A stretch of 25,821 nt of DNA from Thermodesulfovibrionales bacterium (GTDB lineage Bacteria; Nitrospirota; Thermodesulfovibrionia; Thermodesulfovibrionales; SM23-35): assembly GCA_963715195.1 (NCBI GenBank), contig CAVQRT010000023.1:1-25821 (forward strand), given 5' to 3'. The notes under the pieces were generated by a model, which had not been told where the DNA came from, did no database searches, and was given only the letters and a program-made list of their open reading frames with translations. Positions 9,253 to 18,154 of this stretch are shown piece by piece (within the stretch, counting starts at the first letter, position 1; each line of letters opens with the position of its first letter). Both the position numbers and the translations under genes were made by a program.

Positions 9253-9297
9253 TAACATATTGATATTATTGAGTTCTTTAATGGCAAGTTAATTGCA
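9253..9297 (+). promoter_or_regulatory. sigma54 (-24/-12) promoter with upstream IHF-like site for the FIST-kinase operon
   Basis: TGGCAAG-TTAA-TTGCA at 9282-9297 (GG-N10-GC). TATCAA-TATG-TTA (IHF consensus WATCAA-N4-TTR) on the minus strand at 9253-9265. Confidence 0.7.
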
Positions 9298-9385
9298 TCA
9301 ATTGTGGAGATGCCTTTCGTCAGCTGAGAAATGATAATAATCGGTAGCACGTAAGGGCTACTAAATAACGAAAAAGGAGATTTAT

Positions 9386-10522
9386 ATGAAAGCGTATTGC
9401 TTTGTAGCTGACTCTCTTGAGGACATAGATGCCCGTGTCTCGGAGACCATGAACAATGGGCATAGTCCAACTTTAGGAATTGTCTTTGCCTCGCCCAAGC
9501 TTGGCGTGGATCGACTCAGTGAGGTGCTCGGGAAATATACTATACCATTCCTTGGTGCGAGTACTGACGGTGAAATCATTGCGAACGGAAACGGAAAGAT
9601 TGTGCATGAAGGAACTGCTGTAGTATCGCTGATAACTTGTGACAGGAAGGTTTTTAAGGTGCGATTATTTAATGCGGGAGAAACGAAGTCTTTTGATGTT
9701 GGCAAGGATGTAGGGATTTGGGGAGCATCGCAGTTTGCAAAACCCAGTTTCATCCTTGTATCCGGTGGCCTTCACGCCGATGGTGAAGAAATCGTGAAAG
9801 GTATTCAATCCATCACTGGGCAAGATACTCCCATTTTCGGTGGGCTTGCCGGGGATGATAAGGCATTCAAAAACACCTTTGTCTGTACAAATGGTGAATA
9901 TTCTAATAACGGTGTTGTGGCGCTCGTCCTTGACGGAGATAGCATCGAGCTTGGCGGAATGGCCTCAAGCGGGTGGATCGGTATAGGTGCGGAAAAGAGA
10001 ATTACAAAAGCTGAGGGTAATGTGGTATATACCATTGATAACGAATCAGCACTAGAAGTTTACAAGAAATATCTGAACATAACTGACGATGATCTTCCTC
10101 AAATAGGAGTGGACTATCCCTTACTGCTCATGAGGGATGACGGGTCTTCTGTACTGAGGGCGGTTATGGATGTGGACAGAAGTTCTGGGGCACTTATATT
10201 TGCCGGAACAGTTCCGGAGAATTCGTATGTAAGATTTTCCAGCTCTTCAGGGTTCGATGTTATCGAGCATGTCAAGAATGATATTGAAACATATGGCAGC
10301 GTATTTCCTGAAGCGGATCACCTTATCCTATTCTCTTGTATGGCACGCCATCTTGCCCTCGGTCCGATGGTGGACGAGGAAATTCTCGCTGCCCATACGA
10401 AATGGAATGCCCCCCTCGTAGGCTTCTTTACCTACGGGGAGATTGGGAAAAACTTATCGGGAAGGTGCGATTTTTACAATGAAACCTTTACGTTGGCTGC
10501 CCTGAGGGAAAAAGCCAAATAG
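9386..10522 (+). CDS. FIST N/C domain protein (NosP-like sensor)
   Basis: GASTDGEI, PIFGGLAGD, RITKAEGNVVYTIDNESALEVY, FSCMAR and GFFTYGEI. AGGAG SD. Confidence 0.92.
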   Translation: MKAYCFVADSLEDIDARVSETMNNGHSPTLGIVFASPKLGVDRLSEVLGKYTIPFLGASTDGEIIANGNGKIVHEGTAVVSLITCDRKVFKVRLFNAGETKSFDVGKDVGIWGASQFAKPSFILVSGGLHADGEEIVKGIQSITGQDTPIFGGLAGDDKAFKNTFVCTNGEYSNNGVVALVLDGDSIELGGMASSGWIGIGAEKRITKAEGNVVYTIDNESALEVYKKYLNITDDDLPQIGVDYPLLLMRDDGSSVLRAVMDVDRSSGALIFAGTVPENSYVRFSSSSGFDVIEHVKNDIETYGSVFPEADHLILFSCMARHLALGPMVDEEILAAHTKWNAPLVGFFTYGEIGKNLSGRCDFYNETFTLAALREKAK

Positions 10523-10524
10523 CA

Positions 10525-12228
10525 ATGCTTCCACCTTCCACATCTCACCGTATAGCACGGATTGATCATCTTACGGCTCAGAAGACCCTGAGTGAGAAGG
10601 ATAGAGCTGAGATCAGAGCTTTGTTTCGGCAGGCGGAAAAAGAATGGGAAGTGTCGGAATTCAAATATAACAGGGCAATGAAGGATAAGCATGTCCTCTC
10701 CTCACTTCTCACAAAAACCTCCGAGGATCTTAAACACTCCCTTGAAGCCGAAAAGAAATTCATCGCTTCCATGAGTCACGAAATACGGACCCCACTCAAT
10801 TCAATCATCGGCTTCATCGAACTCATGAAGACAACACAACTCACAGACGAACAAAAAGATTATCTTAACAATGCATTAGTAAGCGCAGATCACCTCACCT
10901 CCCTCATCAGCAACATACTTGATGTGTCGAAGATCGAAGCTGGTCAAATGGAGGCGTTGGAAGACGAGTTCTCCCTTGAAGACATTCTCATGGACTGTCT
11001 TGTCATCATATCAGGACGAGTAAAAGAAGGCGTTATGTTGCTTCACGAACTTGCAGAGTTAGACTACTTTGTAATTGGCGACCCCATCCACATCAAGCAA
11101 GTCTTCGTCAATTTACTGGGAAACGCTGCGAAGTTTACAGAAAAAGGACACATCAAGCTTTCGCTGAGTAAACCCAAAGATCTTGACAAAGACAAAGTAA
11201 ATGTCACTATTCGCGTGGAAGATACCGGGATTGGTATAAAAAGTACTTATGCAAGAAGAATCTTCTCACCTTTTTCACAAGTGCATGAATCAAAGTCCGG
11301 AGGCACAGGTCTGGGGCTCTATTTGTCAAAAGGTTTCATAAGAATGATGGAAGGAGACATTCAACTTGAAAGTACTTTTGGCGTGGGTACTACTTTCATC
11401 GTTGATTTGACCCTGAGACGAGGCAATACTAAAGACACTAAATTTGCCTTTAATGACAAGACCATAATCATCGTAGAGGATGATGAGGAACTCCGCAATG
11501 ATCTGAAACAGAAGCTCTGGATAAGGGGAGCGAACGTCCTGATTCCAGAATTTACACGGACGACAGATATCTTAGCCTTTTGCACTTCTGCAGGTACTGC
11601 AGCTAACCTCATGATTTTGAACCTCGATATCTTTAATGACTTATCCTTAGACCTCTCAGCCCTACTCAAAAATGAAATGCCTGATATGAGTATTCTAGGG
11701 ATTACTTATGTCAGTGGCTTAACACGTGCCAAGGGCCTTGATGCGGTACTACAGAAACCTTTCACGTATTACAAACTCGCCAAATTGGCTAGTAATCTTA
11801 CCTCTAGAAATGAATTATTGCAAAGTTCAGGTAACCTAGAAAGCATGAAGGTGCTTCTCGTTGAAGATGTGGAAATGAACGCGCTGCTCATGGAAGCCAT
11901 GTTAGACAAATTGTTTAACGTCCATATCGATGTGGCGAGAGACGGTCTCGAGGCTGTGGAGAAGGTTGCCGGAAACAGCTATGACATTATCTTCATGGAC
12001 ATCCAGATGCCGAATATGGATGGCATAACCGCGACACAGAAGATCAGAGAAAAAGGTGCGAAAATCCCTATCGTTGCCTTAACCGCAGATGCTTTCTCCG
12101 ACAGCATAGAATTGGCTATGAAAGCTGGCATGGATGACTATATCACAAAACCTATTGATAAAGATCATATCGAGAGAGTCCTTTTCAAATACGCCCCTGA
12201 ACAAGAAAAAATACAAGCCGCTGGCTGA
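10525..12228 (+). CDS. Cytoplasmic hybrid histidine kinase (HisKA-HATPase-pseudoREC-REC)
   Basis: SMSHEIRTPLN, NLLGNAAKFT, DTGIGI, GGTGLGL and C-terminal REC IIFMDIQMP...KP. No TM segment. Confidence 0.93.
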   Translation: MLPPSTSHRIARIDHLTAQKTLSEKDRAEIRALFRQAEKEWEVSEFKYNRAMKDKHVLSSLLTKTSEDLKHSLEAEKKFIASMSHEIRTPLNSIIGFIELMKTTQLTDEQKDYLNNALVSADHLTSLISNILDVSKIEAGQMEALEDEFSLEDILMDCLVIISGRVKEGVMLLHELAELDYFVIGDPIHIKQVFVNLLGNAAKFTEKGHIKLSLSKPKDLDKDKVNVTIRVEDTGIGIKSTYARRIFSPFSQVHESKSGGTGLGLYLSKGFIRMMEGDIQLESTFGVGTTFIVDLTLRRGNTKDTKFAFNDKTIIIVEDDEELRNDLKQKLWIRGANVLIPEFTRTTDILAFCTSAGTAANLMILNLDIFNDLSLDLSALLKNEMPDMSILGITYVSGLTRAKGLDAVLQKPFTYYKLAKLASNLTSRNELLQSSGNLESMKVLLVEDVEMNALLMEAMLDKLFNVHIDVARDGLEAVEKVAGNSYDIIFMDIQMPNMDGITATQKIREKGAKIPIVALTADAFSDSIELAMKAGMDDYITKPIDKDHIERVLFKYAPEQEKIQAAG

Positions 12229-12398
12229 GAAATCAAAAATAAAGTAAGACAATCAAAAAAATACAAGGAGACGGAAAGAAGAACCAAGAAATCATTTGCA
12301 AAAAGCTTTCCAAAATCCTTCTCTGAAAAAACTGATTCATATATCACAATCATAATAGTTATGTAGGCCTCAATTGAAGAGGACGGTCGCAGTTTCCG

Positions 12399-12423
12399 GT
12401 TCAAAGTAACTTTTACTTTGAAC
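12399..12423. other. Perfect 11-bp inverted repeat (terminator or operator)
   Basis: GTTCAAAGTAA-CTT-TTACTTTGAAC between the two signalling operons. Confidence 0.5.
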
Positions 12424-12521
12424 TTTGAAACATGACATTTTTTGTTAGTGTGACTATTCTTTCCTGCCTCCTGATAACCGCCGCTAATATTCTCAAGAGA
12501 AGAAACGACTGTAAACCCTCA

Positions 12522-12588
12522 TAATTAATTGATATAAAACGATATTTATTCCTTAACTCATCCAATAATTTATGGCACGCAATTTGAA
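12522..12588 (+). promoter_or_regulatory. sigma54-like promoter with IHF-like site for the receptor-yfiR operon
   Basis: TGGCACG-CAAT-TTGAA at 12573-12588 (perfect -24 box, -12 GC is GA). TATCAA-TTAA-TTA on the minus strand at 12522-12534. Confidence 0.55.
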
Positions 12589-12697
12589 AGTGGTAAATCC
12601 GTCGATAAAAAGTGAAAACAGCCCAAAGAATAAACACAAAGAATTTAATGATTTTAAGGAGCTATAAAAAATATCTATCAAAAAAAGGAGATGTCTT

Positions 12698-14722
12698 ATG
12701 AAAAGACTAGCATTCTTCTCGCTTGTAGTCCTTTATCTAATTTCATGCTTTGCTGCTGTCGGTAACGCATTTACCGACCTAACAGAGTTGAGTATTGAGG
12801 AACTGATTAACCTTCAGATAACCTCTGTTGCCAAAAAGCCGCAGAACCTATTTGATGCGCCCTCTGCGATATTCGTTATTACCCACGAGGATATCAGGCG
12901 CTCAGGTGCCACGAGCATTCCCGAGCTACTCCGCATGGTTCCTGGACTTGAAGTTGCCCGTATTGATGCTAGTAAATGGGCAATCTCATCCCGTGGATTC
13001 AACGGGCGTTTCGCGGATAAGCTCCTTGTGCTTATGGACGGACGCAGCGTTTATAGTCCCTTATTTTCAGGCGTCTTCTGGGATCTACAGGATACCATGC
13101 TTGAAGATATTGACCGTATCGAAATCATTCGTGGCCCCGGTGCATCACTCTGGGGATCCAATGCAGTGAATGGGGTTATCAATATTATTACAAAGAAAGC
13201 TCAGGATACCCAAGGCGGATTGGCAAACGGCGGGATTGGAACCGAAGAGCGATATTTTGGCAATATGCGGTATGGGGCAAAAATAGGAGATGACATATAC
13301 GCCAGGGTATACGCGAAATATTTAAACCGAGACGATTCCGTTTTCCCGTCCGGGGTTGACGCAGCAGATTCCTGGTACGCGCTGCGTGGAGGGTTTCGTC
13401 TCGATTTCGAGAAATCCAGAGAAAATACCTATACGTTCCAAGGAGATATATATAGCGGAAAAGTTGGTCAGACCGTTACTGTTGCGAGTCTTGTGCATCC
13501 TTATTTGAAGACGTTTGATCAAAAAACTAGTCTGTCAGGCGGAAATGTCCTATTCAGGTGGGAACATATTTTTTCTGAGGATTCAAACACTATGGATGTG
13601 CAGGTCTATTATGACAGGACCGAGAGGGATGACAGTACCGTTAAGGAAGATCGTGATACCTTTGATATTGACCTGCAGCATCGCTTTTCACTCGGTGAGC
13701 GGCAGGAGATAACCTGGGGCGTTGGCTACCGTATAACTAAAGACCATCTCAAGAATAACTTCACTGTTTCTTTTGAGCCGGACAGTAAGACAGACGATCT
13801 CGTTAGCGCATTCATACAGGATGAGATAACTCTTATAAAGAACATTCTTCAACTGACTGTCGGTTCAAAATTCGAGCATAACGATTACACAGGCTTCGAA
13901 ATACAGCCATCCATGCGCGTGCTCTGGAAACCACACAACGACCACGCATTATGGGGAGCGGTATCGAGGGCAGTGAGAACGCCTTCGCGCGCTGATCACT
14001 ATGTAATCGCCAATTCTGCTGCACCGACCTGTCAGGCATGTCATCAAAACCCTTCCGCAGAACTTTTACCGGGAATCGTGCGATTTACCGGGAACACAGA
14101 TTTTGACTCCGAGGAAGTTCTTGCGTACGAAATTGGCTATCGCACACAGGTAAAAGAGCAGCTATCAGTTGACATTGCAATGTTCTATAACGATTTTACC
14201 AAAGACAGAGCTGCTGGAGCGCAGGCGCCCTTTCTAGAAACATCACCACTTCCTCCCCACCTTGTGTTCCCTTACAGCGCAGAAAACGCAGATAAGTGGA
14301 GGGTGTATGGAGTTGAGATAGCAACAGACTGGAAGCCTGTGGACTGGTGGCGCATTCAGGGCTCATATACCTATCTTGAAATGAAACTACGCACTGATTC
14401 AAAAGATCCGACAGCAGAGTTGCAGGAAGGGCAAAATCCTCACCATCAGATATCCTTGCGTTCCTTGACAGATCTTGGTAGGCATATTGAATTGGACCTA
14501 TGGTTCCGATACGTCGACGATCTTCCTGATGACGGCGTAGGCAATTATGCGACCATAGACGCCCGCCTTGGATGGCGGCCCGTGAGGAATCTCGAGCTAT
14601 CCCTGGTAGGTCAGAATCTGTTTGACAACCAACACCCGGAAAAGGGATCAGAACAGGTTTTTGCATCTTCAGTAACGGAAGTTGAACGCAGTGTTTACGG
14701 AAAGATTACCTGGGAATTCTAA
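12698..14722 (+). CDS. TonB-dependent receptor (plug plus beta-barrel) of the YfiR-associated type, with a CxxCH motif
   Basis: Signal peptide; plug motifs VITHEDIRRSG, LRMVPG, LVLMDGR and IDRIEIIRGPGASLWGSNAVNGVINIITK; NLFD; C-terminal aromatic WEF. Confidence 0.93.
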   Translation: MKRLAFFSLVVLYLISCFAAVGNAFTDLTELSIEELINLQITSVAKKPQNLFDAPSAIFVITHEDIRRSGATSIPELLRMVPGLEVARIDASKWAISSRGFNGRFADKLLVLMDGRSVYSPLFSGVFWDLQDTMLEDIDRIEIIRGPGASLWGSNAVNGVINIITKKAQDTQGGLANGGIGTEERYFGNMRYGAKIGDDIYARVYAKYLNRDDSVFPSGVDAADSWYALRGGFRLDFEKSRENTYTFQGDIYSGKVGQTVTVASLVHPYLKTFDQKTSLSGGNVLFRWEHIFSEDSNTMDVQVYYDRTERDDSTVKEDRDTFDIDLQHRFSLGERQEITWGVGYRITKDHLKNNFTVSFEPDSKTDDLVSAFIQDEITLIKNILQLTVGSKFEHNDYTGFEIQPSMRVLWKPHNDHALWGAVSRAVRTPSRADHYVIANSAAPTCQACHQNPSAELLPGIVRFTGNTDFDSEEVLAYEIGYRTQVKEQLSVDIAMFYNDFTKDRAAGAQAPFLETSPLPPHLVFPYSAENADKWRVYGVEIATDWKPVDWWRIQGSYTYLEMKLRTDSKDPTAELQEGQNPHHQISLRSLTDLGRHIELDLWFRYVDDLPDDGVGNYATIDARLGWRPVRNLELSLVGQNLFDNQHPEKGSEQVFASSVTEVERSVYGKITWEF

Positions 14723-14739
14723 CAAACGGTAGGAAAGGA

Positions 14740-15318
14740 ATGAAAACAGACATGGGATACCGACAAAGCAATTCCTCAAGAATGTTGTTTCTCATCACAG
14801 CGCTGGTTGTAATGGTATGCATAACGGTGACCAACGTGCAGAAGGGATATGCTAATACCCAAGAGTATGACGTGAAGGCTGCTTTTCTTTTCAATTTTGT
14901 CAAATTTGTCGATTGGCCGGAAGACGTTTTTCAGAGTTCTACATCGCCTTTCATCATCAGTATCCTTGGCACGGATTCGTTTGGAAAAGCACTGGATTCC
15001 TTCAAGGGCAAGACCATCAATGGCAGAAATCTCGTAATTAAGCGTGCTGACTCACTGAATGAACTTGAGAGAAGCCATGTCATTTTCATTTGTGCTTCCG
15101 AAAGAGAGAATCTCTCTCAGATCTTAGGGACAGCCGAAAAGTGGCACGCCCTGACAGTGGGAGATACGAAAGGTTTTATACAGTCTGGCGGCATCATCAA
15201 CCTCGTGATTATTGACGGAAAGATAGGATTCGAAATTAATGTCGCCGCTGCGGAAAAGGCAGACCTAAAGATAAGCTCTAAGCTGCTGAAACTTGTCAAA
15301 GCCCTCTATACCAACTGA
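14740..15318 (+). CDS. yfiR: YfiR (DUF4154) family periplasmic signalling protein
   Basis: Signal peptide; EYDVKAAFLFNFVKFVDWP and FEINVAAAEKADLKISSKLLKL. Confidence 0.9.
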   Translation: MKTDMGYRQSNSSRMLFLITALVVMVCITVTNVQKGYANTQEYDVKAAFLFNFVKFVDWPEDVFQSSTSPFIISILGTDSFGKALDSFKGKTINGRNLVIKRADSLNELERSHVIFICASERENLSQILGTAEKWHALTVGDTKGFIQSGGIINLVIIDGKIGFEINVAAAEKADLKISSKLLKLVKALYTN

Positions 15319-15334
15319 GAGGAGAAGAAGAACC

Positions 15335-18154
15335 ATGCGTCTTTTTGGTGACATTTCAATAAAGCACAAACTCATGAGGGTCATTATTGCGTCTTGTGCC
15401 ATTGCCATGCTCCTGTCATACTTTGCCATTTTGATTTATGAGGCAGCAAGTTTTCATGATGACCTCAAGAAAGAGCTGTCAAGTCTTGCTGAGATCGTGG
15501 CGAATAACACTTCTGCTGCAATCATGTTTAATGACCAGAAGGCCGCAGCCGAAACCTTGTCAGGACTGAAGGACAAGACGAATATCGTTGGATCATATAT
15601 TGTAACTCCCGATGACACACTATTTGCGAAATACGTTGCAGGTAATTTGCACCCTGAGCGTCTGCTATTCCAGCACTTACAGGCTGGTGATCCCATAACA
15701 ACTACCGGAAGAGCTTGGTCTTTCATGATTAAAGAGCATGACTCATTCTTGAATTTCAATTACGATATGTTTGTCGTTGATGAAATTGTTTCTGACGGGC
15801 AGATCCTCGGTACGCTTATCATACAGTCAGACAAGGGACAGTTTATAGCCAGGCTCAAGGGATTTATTTTTGTCTTAACATTAATCATGATGTTGACCTT
15901 CCTAAGTGCCTATCTCGTGTCATCAAGACTTCAAAAGATTATTACAGATCCTATCTTCGATTTGTCGAAAAAGATGAAGAAGATTTCGCAAGATAAAGAC
16001 TATTCGGTCAGGGCTCGGAAGAGTAGCACTGACGAGGTCGGTTCTCTCATCGATGGGTTCAACGATATGCTGCATCAAATACAAGTTCGCGATAAAGAGC
16101 TTGGAAAGCACAGAGAACAACTTGAAGAGTTGGTTGCTGTCAGGACAGAGGAATTATCAAAAGCAAACCAAAGCCTTCAGAACACTGTGGAACAGCTCCA
16201 GGAGGCAAAGGAAGTTGCTGAGGCCGCCAGCAAGGCAAAATCGCAATTTCTCGCCAATATGAGCCACGAAATACGAACTCCCCTTAACGGAGTCCTGGGA
16301 ATGACGGATTTACTTTTGAACAGTGCAGTAACGGAAAAGCAGCGAAGATTTGCTGAGACCATACGACTCTCCGGTCAAACGCTGCTGAATGTCATCAATG
16401 ACATTTTGGACTTCTCGAAAATAGAGGCAGGGAAACTGGAGCTGGCAGCTATTGATTTCAATCTTCGTGAAACAATTGAGGATGTTGTGAGTATTCTTGC
16501 TACTATGGCTCAGGGGAAGAATATTGAAATGATCTCTAATATCCACCCTGATGTCCCAATGGATATCAAAGGCGACCCGGGGAGGCTGAGCCAGATTCTC
16601 AGTAATCTTGTCAGCAATGCCATCAAGTTTACGGAAAAGGGGGAAATCGAGGTAAAAGTCAGCGCCAGTGACATAGATGAGGAAATGCTATTATTGCGTT
16701 TCGAGGTCAGGGACACGGGAATTGGGATATCTCTGGAAGCCTGCAAAATAATATTTGATGCCTTCGCCCAGGAAGATGAATCCACGACACGCAAATACGG
16801 CGGGACAGGTCTCGGCCTTGCAATTTCGAAGCAATTGGTTGAGATGATGGGTGGACAGATTGGTGTCGAAAGCCAACCCGGGGAAGGTTCACGGTTCTGG
16901 TTTACCGTAAGACTTCAGAAGCAAGTACAGGACGAAAGTGCATCATCGACTCAGTTTTATGACCTCAGAGGGGTCAAAATACTCATTGTTGACGACAACA
17001 ATACAAACCGAAGCATTCTCCATGATCAGATCATTGCATGGGGAATGAGCAATGGAAGTGCAGAAAATGGGCAGAAAGCGCTGGAGCTGCTCACCAATGC
17101 AGCAAAACGGGGTGAACCATATGACCTGGCTGTTGTGGACATGAACATGCCAGGGATGAATGGCATTGAGCTTGCCCGGGCAATTAAGAATGACCCTCTC
17201 ATAGCCTCTGTTCGGCTGATTATGCTCACATCGGTGGGCTACTTCGGTGATTATAATGATGCCTTGAATTCCGGCTTTCTCTCGTATTTAACAAAACCCG
17301 TACGCCAGTCGCAATTGTATAACTGTCTGCTGAATGTGATGAACGAACCTACCGAAATCAGATTACAGGCCAAGAGTGAACAAGTCGAAAAGGGTAAGAA
17401 GTGTTCGATATTTCATGGGAATATTCTTCTCGCAGAGGACAACCCGGTTAATCAAGAAGTAACAAGAGGCTTTCTTGAAAGTCTCGGCTGTCATGTTGAT
17501 GTTGTGAATAACGGCATTGAAGCTATTGAGGCGCTCAGCAAGAAATGGTATGACCTGCTTTTTATGGATTGCCAGATGCCGGAGATGGATGGATTCGAGG
17601 CCACCAGGGTTATCAGAGAACAGGAAAGAAATGATAATGCACGCCGAGTGCCCATCATTGCTTTAACTGCCCATGCCTTGGAAGGTGACCGTGAAGCGTG
17701 TCTCACGGCAGAAATGGACGACTATCTGGCAAAGCCCTTTACCCTTGAACAGTTGCACGAAAAACTTGAACGATGGATACGGGAGGACTTGCAGGCAACA
17801 GCGCTTGATCAGATGATATTGGAGAATATCCGTGCTCTTCAAAAGGAAGGAGAACCTTCTCTCATCGAGAAGATTATTGCTATATATCTGCAGACAACAC
17901 CCAAGCTGCTCCAGGAACTCAGACAGGCAATTGATACCTCTGATGCAGATGCAATGAGAAAGGTAGCGCACAGTCTTAAATCAAGCAGCGCAAACGTAGG
18001 TGCAGTAAAGCTTTCAGAACTATGCAAGGAGGTTGAAACGTTAGGAAAGGCCGGTTTAATAAAGGGTGCGGGGATGGTTGTGGCAAACATAGAGCGTGAG
18101 TATCAGCAGGTTGAAAAATCACTGATGTTAGAGATGCAGGGGAGACCGATATGA
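15335..18154 (+). CDS. Membrane hybrid sensor kinase: TM-CHASE8-like-TM-HAMP-HisKA-HATPase-REC-REC-HPt
   Basis: Start re-called at ATG 15335 after GAGGAG. AAIMFNDQKAAAETL (YfiN-like periplasmic domain), DEVGSLIDGFNDML (HAMP), ANMSHEIRTP, VDMNMP and MDCQMP receivers, AHSLKSSSANVGA HPt. Confidence 0.93.
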   Translation: MRLFGDISIKHKLMRVIIASCAIAMLLSYFAILIYEAASFHDDLKKELSSLAEIVANNTSAAIMFNDQKAAAETLSGLKDKTNIVGSYIVTPDDTLFAKYVAGNLHPERLLFQHLQAGDPITTTGRAWSFMIKEHDSFLNFNYDMFVVDEIVSDGQILGTLIIQSDKGQFIARLKGFIFVLTLIMMLTFLSAYLVSSRLQKIITDPIFDLSKKMKKISQDKDYSVRARKSSTDEVGSLIDGFNDMLHQIQVRDKELGKHREQLEELVAVRTEELSKANQSLQNTVEQLQEAKEVAEAASKAKSQFLANMSHEIRTPLNGVLGMTDLLLNSAVTEKQRRFAETIRLSGQTLLNVINDILDFSKIEAGKLELAAIDFNLRETIEDVVSILATMAQGKNIEMISNIHPDVPMDIKGDPGRLSQILSNLVSNAIKFTEKGEIEVKVSASDIDEEMLLLRFEVRDTGIGISLEACKIIFDAFAQEDESTTRKYGGTGLGLAISKQLVEMMGGQIGVESQPGEGSRFWFTVRLQKQVQDESASSTQFYDLRGVKILIVDDNNTNRSILHDQIIAWGMSNGSAENGQKALELLTNAAKRGEPYDLAVVDMNMPGMNGIELARAIKNDPLIASVRLIMLTSVGYFGDYNDALNSGFLSYLTKPVRQSQLYNCLLNVMNEPTEIRLQAKSEQVEKGKKCSIFHGNILLAEDNPVNQEVTRGFLESLGCHVDVVNNGIEAIEALSKKWYDLLFMDCQMPEMDGFEATRVIREQERNDNARRVPIIALTAHALEGDREACLTAEMDDYLAKPFTLEQLHEKLERWIREDLQATALDQMILENIRALQKEGEPSLIEKIIAIYLQTTPKLLQELRQAIDTSDADAMRKVAHSLKSSSANVGAVKLSELCKEVETLGKAGLIKGAGMVVANIEREYQQVEKSLMLEMQGRPI

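Noticed and set aside
15293..15334. TTG start for the membrane kinase
   Set aside because: Overlaps yfiR. ATG 15335 has a GAGGAG SD.
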